Of a stretch of DNA of 64,000 bases, positions 10,378-21,200 are shown piece after piece. The translations under genes were made by a program, and so were the position numbers. The number at the start of each line of letters is the position of its first letter. The first letter of the stretch is position 1. The notes under the pieces were generated by a model. That model searched no databases, was not told the DNA's origin, and saw only the letters and a program-made list of their open reading frames with translations. This stretch comes from Macrostomum hystrix (lineage: Eukaryota > Animalia > Platyhelminthes): the NCBI GenBank assembly GCA_950097015.1, contig CATNEN010000029.1, positions 2,914,001 through 2,978,000 of the forward strand, read 5' to 3'.

Positions 10378-13300
10378 TCACTCGATGGCAGGCATTGGCC
10401 CCACACCCGCTGCCAGCTGATAGACAGCTCCGGCCACGTCCAAGGCTAGTTGGTCGGCCAGCTCTCTAGTGGCGCCCTCGGCGTAAACCCGGACAACGTC
10501 CTCCGTGCCAGATGGTCGGACAAATGCTCGGCCGCGGTTGGTTGCCGACACCAGCGCGTCAATAGCCTGCTGAAGGCCGTCTGGCAGCACGCAGCGCCTC
10601 TCAGCATCGGTTGTGGTCACTGCGGACCGGTTGGCAACCGACACCTTCAGCTGACGGCTGGGCAGGTCCGTGTAGCAGGCGTTCCAGTCGGCTGCGCCCC
10701 AGCCGGCCTCGGCCAGGGCGTGCTCCACCAGCAGCAGCACCGAGACGGCGTCTCCCACCTCAACGGGTTGACGATGGGTGATCAGGCGGTAGTGAACTTC
10801 GCATCAGGTTTTATAGAAAATGATAGTAACCTTTCAGGACTGAATCCTAGCTCCTAATAATACGAGTATTCTTTGATTTCATGTGGTCAGAGCTACTGAC
10901 TTATGACCGAGTGGTCGCGAGTTCGAATCTCAGTTCTATGGAAATAGCTCATGTATTTCTTTACCTATAGTGCTTTAGTTTAGCCAGCTGTAAAATCTGT
11001 CTCAGCACTAACTGAGGGTAGGGATTTTGGTAGGTGTGGAGGCCTCCTCAGTTTACAGACTGAGCAGCTGGCTCAATTGGGGCAGGTGTAATTAATTATT
11101 ATTCTTAATATTGATCACAATATTCCAAAGCTATGCCTTACCGTCTCATTAATCAAGTCCATCACCAGGCGCAGCTCTGTAGCCGCTTCTCGCTTATCGT
11201 CGCCGTCGCCCTCAGCGGCTGCCAGAATGGCAGACCTGGCCCGTTCGCTAAACAGCACGGTGCCGTGTCCGTTGGCTTCGAAATAAACGCCAATGTCGTA
11301 ATCCTTGGCCCGCCGGTGCAGATGCTTCACTCCGGTTGGCACGCAGGCCACATCGACCCCCAGCTGCTCAGACAGGTAGCGAGTGGACTCGGCATTGGCG
11401 TAGGCCGTCTGCACCAGCCCGGTGTTCAGCTGCAGGCCGGCTGCTCGCGTGCGGCCAATCAGGTAGCCCGCGATCAGGGCCGCTTGCTTGTCCCCGTCCA
11501 GCATCTGCCAATGGGGTGGAGCCGGCCCCTTCATGATATTCCCAAATCTATCAGCCTGTCTATCCCCCACATCTATCAGCCTGTCTATCCCCCACATCTA
11601 TCAGCCTGTCTATCCCCCCCACATCTATCAGCCTGTCTATCCCCCTCCCCCACATCTATCAGCCTGTCTATCCCCCTCCCCCACATCTATCAGCCTGTCT
11701 ATCCCCCTCCCCCACATCTATCAGCCTGTCTATCCCCCACATCTATCAGCCTGTCTATCCCCCACATCTATCAGCCTGTCTATCCCCCACATTTATCAGA
11801 CTGTCTATCTCCCACATATAAATTTGAATTTATATGGTAAAAAAGAAGTTTTACCTGAAAATGACCAGCCGAATCCCTATAAAAATAGATAATTCTATCA
11901 GCGTCGCCGTCAAACGATGCCCAACGCTGGCAGCGCTGGAATTCGAGTCCACGACCTTCCGGGAAGCGCATTTGTACTTTTACGAAATCGGCGCCGCACC
12001 TAGTTTTTTTGTGAGAAAGACTGGTTTAAGGAATACTTTGGGCTGGGATCGAACTCCAGACCTCTCGGTTAATAAATGCAAAGACAAGCATATGTACAAA
12101 TACGCACCTGTAGTTCAGCCGGCCCTCGCCCTGATTATGCACAACCAGGCGCAGGTGGCTGCCCAACAGTGGAGCCAGCTGAGCCAGCGCCCCGGCTCCC
12201 ACGCCGTTGGCGGCGTCGATGTGTACACAGCGGGCGTCGCCGCTGACGCCTACGCCGCGTCGTTCTCGTCGTTCAGCTAGCCGGACAAAGGCTCCGGCGA
12301 GTTTCTCGGCGTAGCCGTCCAGACTAGGCCTTCCGTAGGCCGGGTTGTTAGTGCAGGCCACAATGTAGTGCAGCTGTGGCGTGGTCAGCTCGCCCAGCAG
12401 CTCCGGCACCGCAGGCGAGTAGTCGTCATCGGCGTCGCCTTCTTCGCCGCCGGCCTCAACAATGGGATTGCAGGCGCGAACGCCGGCGGCGACAGCCTCG
12501 GCTAGGCCGGGCGATGATTGGCGGGAGTCGTGGCCAATCAGAACGCGACCGGGCCTGCGATGGAAGAAAGGCGTGGTGATGACTAATTCTTATATTTAAA
12601 ATTTTTCTATCCCTTACTTATCCCTAACAGTAGCGTAGCGACGATTTTTGTCAAGGGGGTGGGGGGTTTGGGGGCGCCACTATGGCCACTACTCGTACTA
12701 GTGCGCGCCACATGGTTTCGTCAGACAATTAGGCCGGTGGCTACGCCCCTGACTCCCTAAAGAGCTACAAAGACGATCGATTCCCATTAATAAATAAATA
12801 ATCTAAAATCCTATATCCTAAAAAGAAATTGACCCTCGATTCGAAATCCACGATTCCAGATCCTGATTTATCTAAGATAAAACATGGATTCTAAATCCCT
12901 ATCACTAAACAGTGATCCTCAATTAAAAAATAATCCCTATTTTTTTTACTTTTCTTTTGATTTTTCAATCCTTAATCTGAAAAACGAACCATCTTTTTAA
13001 GTCTTACCTATTTTAATATTAATCCTCAATTCCAAATCTAAAATCCATCCTTAACTCTAAATCCCCGATTACTGAATTTTCTGTTTATTTGAAAATATCA
13101 TATCGTCAGAGATTGATAATAAATCATAAATCCCCGATTCCTTAATTGTAATCTCCGTGCCTCACCTGGCCACAAACTGAGCCGTAGTGACAGCCCGGCT
13201 GTCGTGAAGGGTGCTGAGGAGGACGTGCAGGTGATTGCGCAACTCGGTGTCTAGAGCATTCACCAAGCCGCTGGCCACGGGCTCCCACTCCACCGGCAGC

Positions 13301-13617
13301 ATGTCGCCATTGGGCTCCACCAGTTTCACGCCGTTGTCCTGCTCCGGATTGTGGCTGGCCGTCACCATAACGCCCACAGTTTGACCGTTGAGGGCGCGAG
13401 ACCGCAGGGCGGCAAGCACGCCCATGCGGAACATGATGTAGTCCATCTGGCCGGCGTCCGCGCGCATTCGAAAGCCGGCCGTGCCATAGGTCACGTGACC
13501 GTGAAGCTGCGGATGCCGGTATTTGCCGCCGGCCGCCGAGTGGCAAACGGACTTCACCAGAGCGTCGACTGAGGCTGGCGCTGGCAGCACCGCCGAGTTT
13601 CTGTGCGATGAGGCCGA
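10378..13617 (-). CDS. PGM3: Phosphoacetylglucosamine mutase (PGM3/AGM1); exons 13617..13166, 12554..12108, 11999..11855, 11504..11142, 10758..10378; no ATG at the 5' end
   Basis: TYGTAGFR, catalytic TASHNP, LTTPQLHY, metal-binding SFDGDADR, GVYFEANGHGT and RAFVRPSGTEDVVRVYAE are present. All GT-AG junctions keep the frame. Confidence 0.93.
11545..11810. repeat. 25-bp minisatellite (CCCCCACATCTATCAGCCTGTCTAT) in PGM3 intron 3
   Basis: About 10 visible tandem units. Confidence 0.9.
12628..12751. mobile_element. Small hAT-like MITE in PGM3 intron 1
   Basis: Ends CAGTAGCGTAGC / GCTACGCCCCTG; both flanks contain TCCCTAA (imperfect TSD). Confidence 0.55.
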
Positions 13618-13645
13618 CTGAAAGCACGAGGCGAATTAGCGCTGA
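13618..13645 (-). promoter_or_regulatory. 3' splice acceptor (cis or trans) at the head of the PGM3 ORF
   Basis: Minus strand reads GCTAAT (branch-point-like) TCGCCTCGTGCTTTCAG|TCG GCC TCA, in frame with PGM3. In-frame TAA at 13638-13636. Confidence 0.7.
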
Positions 13646-13685
13646 TTTTCACTTAAGATGACGGAATGTCTGGAGACAGGCACTG

Positions 13686-16600
13686 GTTGACAGATAAGAG
13701 TTGACTGATGTTGATTGACAGATAGGATTTGACTGATGTTGATTGACAGATAGGATTTGACTGATGTTGATTGACAGATAGGATTTGACTGATTTTGACT
13801 GACAGATAGGATTTGACTGATTTTGACCGACAGATAAGAGTTGAATGATGTTGACTGACAGATAGGATTTGACTGATGTTGATTGACAGATAGGATTTGA
13901 CTAATGTTGATTGACAGATAGGATTTGACTGATGTTGATTGACAGATAGGATTTGACTGATGTTGATTGACAGATAGGATTTGACTGATGTTGATTGACA
14001 GATAGGATTTGACTGATGTTGATTGACAGATAGGATTTGACTGATTTTGACTGACAGATAGGATTTGACTGATGTTGATTGACAGATAGGATTTGACTGA
14101 TGTTGATTGACAGATAGGATTTGACTGATGTTGATTGACAGATAGGATTTGACTGATTTTGACTGACAGATAGGATTTGACTGATTTTGACCGACAGATA
14201 AGAGTTGAATGATGTTGACTGACAGATAGGATTTGACTGATGTTGATTGATAGATAGGATTTGACTGATGTTGATTGATAGATAGGATTTGACTGATGTT
14301 GATTGACAGATAGGTTTTGACTGATGTTGATTGACAGATAGGATTTGACTGATGTTGATTGACAGATAGGATTCGACTGATGTTGATTGACAGATAGGAT
14401 TTGACTGATGTTGATTGACAGATAGGATTTGACTGATGTTGATTGATAGATAGGATTTGACTGATGTTGATTGATAGATAGGATTTGACTGATGTTGATT
14501 GACAGATAGGATTTGACTGATGTTGATTGACAGATAGGATTTGACTGATGTTGATTGACAGATAGGATTTGACTGATTTTGACTGACAGATAGGATTTGA
14601 CTGATTTTGACCGACAGATAAGAGTTGAATGATGTTGATTGACAGATAGGATTTGACTGATTTTGACTGACAGATAGGATTTGACTGATGTTGACTGACA
14701 GATAAGAGTTGAATGATGTTGACTGACAGATAGGATTTGACTGATTTTGACTGACAGATAGGATTTGACTGATGTTGATTGACAGATAGGATTTGACTGA
14801 TGTTGATTGACAGATAGGATTTGACTGATGTTGATTGACAGATAGGATTTGACTGATGTTGATTGACAGATAGGATTTGACTGATTTTGACCTGACAGAT
14901 AAGAGTTGAATGATGTTGATTGACAGATAGGATTTGACTGATGTTGATTGACAGATAGGATTTGACTGATGTTGATTGACAGATAGGATTTGACTGATTT
15001 TGACTGACAGATAGGATTTGACTGATGTTGATTGACAGATAGGATTTGACTGATGTTGATTGACAGATAGGATTTGACTGATGTTGATTGACAGATAGGA
15101 TTTGACTGATTTTGACTGACAGATAGGATTTGACTGATTTTGACCGACAGATAAGAGTTGAATGATGTTGACTGACAGATAGGATTTGACTGATGTTGAT
15201 TGATAGATAGGATTTGACTGATGTTGATTGATAGATAGGATTTGACTGATGTTGATTGACAGATAGGTTTTGACTGATGTTGATTGACAGATAGGATTTG
15301 ACTGATGTTGATTGACAGATAGGATTCGACTGATGTTGATTGACAGATAGGATTTGACTGATGTTGATTGACAGATAGGATTTGACTGATGTTGATTGAT
15401 AGATAGGATTTGACTGATGTTGATTGATAGATAGGATTTGACTGATGTTGATTGACAGATAGGATTTGACTGATGTTGATTGACAGATAGGATTTGACTG
15501 ATGTTGATTGACAGATAGGATTTGACTGATTTTGACTGACAGATAGGATTTGACTGATGTTGATTGACAGATAAGAGTCGAATGATGTTGATTGACAGAT
15601 AAGAGTTGAATGATGTTGATTGACAGATAGGAGTTGAATGATGTTGACTGACAGATAGGATTTGACTGATGTTGATTGACAGATAGGATTTGACTGATTT
15701 TGACTGACAGATAGGATTTGAATGATGTTGATTGACAGATAAGAGTTGAATGATGTTGATTGACAGATAGGATTTGACTGATGTTGATTGACAGATAAGA
15801 GTTGAATGATGTTGATTGACAGATAGGATTCGACTGATGTTGATTGACAGATAGGATTTGACTGATTTGACTGACAGATAGGATTTGACTGATGTTGATT
15901 GACAGATAGATTTGACTGATGTTGATTGACAGATAGGATTTGACTGATGTTGATTGACAGATAAGATTTGACTGATGTTGATTGACAGATAAGAGTTGAA
16001 TGATGTTGATTGACAGATAGGATTTGACTGATGTTGATTGACAGATAGGATTTGACTGATGTTGATTGACAGATAGGATTTGACTGATGTTGATTGACAG
16101 ATAGGATTTGACTGATGTTGATTGACAGATAGGATTTGACTGATGTTGATTGATAGATAGGATTTGACTGATGTTGATTGATAGATAGGATTTGACTGAT
16201 GTTGATTGACAGATAGGATTTGACTGATGTTGATTGACAGATAGGATTTGACTGATGTTGATTGACAGATAGGATTTGACTGATTTTGACTGACAGATAG
16301 GATTTGACTGATTTTGACCGACAGATAAGAGTTGAATGATGTTGATTGACAGATAGGATTTGACTGATTTTGACTGACAGATAGGATTTGACTGATGTTG
16401 ACTGACAGATAAGAGTTGAATGATGTTGACTGACAGATAGGATTTGACTGATTTTGACTGACAGATAAGAGTTGAATGATGTTGATTGACAGATAGGATT
16501 TGACTGATTTTGACTGACAGATAGGATTTGACTGATTTTGACTGACAGATAAGAGTTGAATGATGTTGACTGACAGATAGGATTTGACTGATGTTGATTG

Positions 16601-17740
16601 ACAGATAGGATTTGACTGATGTTGATTGACAGATAGGATTTGACTGATGTTGATTGATAGATAGGATTTGACTGATGTTGATTGATAGATAGGATTTGAC
16701 TGATGTTGATTGACAGATAGGATTTGACTGATGTTGATTGACAGATAGGATTTGACTGATGTTGATTGACAGATAGGATTCGACTGATGTTGATTGACAG
16801 ATAGGATTTGACTGATGTTGATTGACAGATAGGATTTGACTGATGTTGATTGACAGATAGGATTTGACTGATGTTGATTGACAGATAGGATTTGACTGAT
16901 GTTGATTGACAGATAGGATTTGACTGATGTTGATTGACAGATAGGATTTGACTGATGTTGATTGACAGATAGGATTTGACTGATGTTGATTGATAGATAG
17001 GATTTGACTGATGTTGATTGATAGATAGGATTTGACTGATGTTGATTGACAGATAGGTTTTGACTGATGTTGATTGACAGATAGGATTTGACTGATGTTG
17101 ATTGACAGATAGGATTCGACTGATGTTGATTGACAGATAGGATTTGACTGATGTTGATTGACAGATAGGATTTGACTGATGTTGATTGATAGATAGGATT
17201 TACTGACAGATAGACACTGATTGACAGATGGGAACTGACAGACACTGATTGACAGATGGGAACTGACAGACACTGATTGACAGATGGGAACTGACAGACA
17301 CTGATTGACAGATGGGAACTGACAGACACTGATTGACAGATGGGAACTGACAGACACTGATTGACAGATGGGAACTGACAGACACTGATTGACAGATGGG
17401 AACTGACAGACACTGATTGACTGATGGGAACTGACAGACACTGATTGACAGATGGGAACTGACAGACACTGATTGACAGATGGGAACTGACAGACACTGA
17501 TTGACAGATGGGAACTGACAGACACTGATTGACAGATGGGAACTGACAGACACTGATTGACAGATGGGAACTGACAGACACTGATTGACAGATGGGAACT
17601 GACAGACACTGATTGACAGATGGGAACTGACAGACACTGATTGACTGATGGGAACTGACAGATGGGAACTGACAGACACTGATTGACAGATGGGAACTGA
17701 CAGACACTGATTGACAGATGGGAACTGACAGACACTGATT
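13686..17740. repeat. 28-bp satellite with two sub-arrays: GACTGATGTTGATTGACAGATAGGATTT (to about 17204) and GACAGACACTGATTGACAGATGGGAACT (about 17205-17740)
   Basis: Tandem units are directly visible. The 1391-aa and 1280-aa ORFs are by-products of the repeat. Confidence 0.97.
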
Positions 17741-18210
17741 CACAGAAATCTCTCACTGACAAGGTCAGATTTACAAAAGCTGTAAACTTCCCAGTTCTAC
17801 GTAGAGAATAAATGCAAATGACTGACACAGCATAATAAGACTTTAATTAGTGCAATGATTGTGTATAAAAACAAAAAATGACGTTTATTGTCTATTTATA
17901 ACAAATGCCTGTAGAGATAAATTGTAAACATGCACAAGAACAAGTTTAGCACCAAAATTATAATTGCTTTAATAATTTATAAGTGGATAAAAATTAAAAA
18001 AGAGCTTAAGTTTAAACGCAACAGAAAGTAAAATACAGTGATACAATGAAAAAATAAATGAAAGATTTTTAACAACTGTGAGTATAATTAAACTGACTTA
18101 ATAGAGCAAAAAATGCGAACCCTTACATTGCTTGAAGACCATTGTGCTAAAAAGTGTCAAACAAAGTCACACAAGAAAGAAGCAAGATAAACAGAGCCTT
18201 TGACGTCGGC

Positions 18211-21200
18211 TCATTTGGCAGCTGTTTTGTTGTCCTTGAAAGCAGTTAGTTTGCGCAGAGAACGCCGATGAACTATTAGTTTGCATCGCGGACACTGCTT
18301 GATTCCCTGCGGATAAGACAAGAGAGAATGGTCAAGGGTCGTAGGTTTAATTCTTGATTCGAACTCATGACCTCTAGAAATTATTCAGCAATGTAGATAA
18401 GGCGCTCACCACTTCCATAATTGAGCGCCAGCAGAGGAAGCAGCAGACGTGATCGCAGGGAGCAGCCAGCGGTGTGTCAGCGTCGCTTGTTTCGCAAGAT
18501 TCGCATCTCATTCCAGACTCTGGAGATCATTGCGGCAAGATGTATAGATTTGCGCAAGTATGCCTACTCCAAGTAGGCTACGCGAATTTAAAGAAATCAT
18601 ATGGAAAAATCGAAAGGATAAAGGGAACAGAGAGACTAGACTTGCGAGTGAATGAGTGAGTGAGAGACTAGATAAGTGAGAGACAAGATAGGTAAGAGAC
18701 TAGATAAGTGAGAGACTAGATAAGTGAGAGACTAGATAAGCGAGAGACTAGATAAGTGAGAGACTAGATTTAGGAGAAAGATATTAGAAGTTGAGAACTC
18801 ACTTAGACGTTTCGCTGGCGGTCTCAGCGAGGCTCCATCGTCATCCTCGTCGCTGTCGCTGCTATCAGCCTTGCCATCATCCGTCTTGGAGGCAGTTTCG
18901 GACGACCTGGCGGCAGCGAATGCTGCGGACGCGTTGCCTTTAGTAATCGAGGCAACAGCGGCGGCCAACCTGGTGGCAGCCACCTCGGCCAGACGGTCGC
19001 AGCACTGCCTGTACCTGGCCTTGTCCGGCGTGCGGACCAGGCGGCCAAGACCGGCCAATAGCTGCCGGACCGCGTCCGGATCGCCGCGCGGCCCGCCTGA
19101 CGCCGCCAAGTCGGCAGCCGATTGAAAGATTTCAGATAGGCGACCAATTAGCCTGTCAATACCGCCAGATGATTTATAATCGGCCAGCGCCGAGCGAAAC
19201 CTGGCCCGCTCGCCTTGGCCGAGAGCGCGCTGCAAATTGACGCGCAGTTCGGATACTTCCGGCGACGGCGACGGCGATTGTGGAGCCAACCGCGGTGAAG
19301 CCGACTTAGACGGCGTTGTTGGCGTCGGCGACTGTGTCGATGGCGACGAATTTATCGTCGAAGCTGACGAAGACGTGCCGCCGGAAATTCGAATACGGCG
19401 TCGAGAATTCGGCGGCGCGGATGTCGGCACCTTGAACTCCGAGTCGGCAGCGGGGGCTGTGGCGGGGGCGGTGGCGGAATCCACCTTTCTGACGGCGTAA
19501 TCGGCAGACTCTTTGAATGAGACATGTTTCTGGCGTGTCGTGCCGGCTGCGTGCTGTTTCGACTCGACACTTTGGCTAGATTTATGTTCCATGTCTTCCT
19601 GTTGATGTGTGTGTTTGGTAGGGCATCTTGCTTAACAAAACATTTTAACAAAGCAATAACAAAATGTTTTTGTTCCAAAATAGATGGTAGATCTAACAGA
19701 TGAGACAACGTCTTACAGGGGTGAAGCTGCTGTGTAACAATTAAGGCAGCTTTACGAAAGGGGAGAACTGCTGTTTAACAGGTGAGACTGAGGTCCAACA
19801 GGTGAGAACTGGTGTCCAACAGGTGAGAACTGCTGTCCAACAGGTGAGACTGAGATCAAACAAGTCAGGCGGTTGTCTAACTGCCGTTTCGCAGGTGAGA
19901 ACTGTTGTCTAACAGGTCAGGCGGTTGTCTAGCAGGTGAGGCGGCTGTCCAACCGCTGCGAACTGCTGTCAAAAAAACATTTAAGCACAAATTAATAAAG
20001 AATACTGAACTTTCACTTACTTCGTGCTGTTTGAGCCTGTCTCCCAGGCTGGTCTTATTTGAGTCCGAGTTCTCCTTGTTGATATCCGGGGTGCAGTAGA
20101 GATTAGCTAATTCGTCTAAGGCGGGAGATTTCTCTGTAAATTGCCAATCAAAGAAATGCAATAGGATTTCAAAATGAAATCGGCTGTAAAAATGATTGTC
20201 CTTTACCGTAGCTATGCAGGAAGTCAACTAGACTGCCGGCCCGTCCGCCGCCAATCAGAGGCGATACAGAGCCGCCATAGACGGGGCCGCCCTGACTAGG
20301 CCGATGCTGCTGACGACTGCCGGAGCCGAATTCGATAGCCATGAGCTGGCTATCGAGCTGCATCGGCTGGCGTTGCGCAGTATCGCGTATCTTCGGCCCG
20401 TCCGGGGTCGGATATTTCACACTGTTGGCAGAGAAGAATTCTCGCAGTCGCACCGGTATGGATTCGAATGATTTTGCCACGGTCACCGAGTGCTGCAGCC
20501 AGGCTGGCAGTTGGCGTCGTAGATTCATCGGTAGCGAAGCGTTCGTCGCACAGTAGAACGGCGCCGTAGTCGTTTCGATGACGCAGGACCCGACCAATGG
20601 CCTGATTGACGGCGCGATAGGCCTGCTGCTTGTACCTGCGAGATGAGCGTGGCGGCGACAATCCAGGACCTGCTCATCCACTCACCCCAGGACCTGCTCA
20701 CCCACTCACCCATCCAGAGCTGCTCACCCACTCACCAATCGAGGAGCTGGTTACCCACTCACCAATCCAGGAGCTGGTTACCCACTCACAAATCCAGGAG
20801 CTGGTTACCCACTCACCAATCCAGGAGCTGGTTACCCACTCACCAATCCAGGAGCTGGTTACCCACTCACCAATCCAGAAGCTGGTTACCCACTCACCAA
20901 TCCAGGAGCTGGTTACCCACTCACCAATCCAGGAGCTGGTTACCCACTCACCAATCCAGGAGCTGGTTACCCACTCACCAATCCAGGAGCTGGTTACCCA
21001 CTCACAAATCCAGTAGCTGGTTACCCACCAATCCAGGAGCTGGTTACCCACTCACCAATCCAGGAGCTGGTTACCCACTCACCAATCCAGGAGCTGCCCA
21101 CTCACCAATCCAGGAGCTGCTTACTCACCAATCCAGGAGCTGCTCACGCATCAATCCAGGAGCTGCTCACCCACCCTCCAATCCAGGAGTTGCTCACTCA

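Noticed and set aside
10880-10935. tRNA-like sequence in PGM3 intron 4 (another B-box fragment at about 12030-12065)
   Set aside because: Only A/B-box remnants, no acceptor stem; probably SINE debris.
13653-17828. 1391-aa and 1280-aa ORFs
   Set aside because: Stop-free frames of a 28-bp satellite; no start context or domain.
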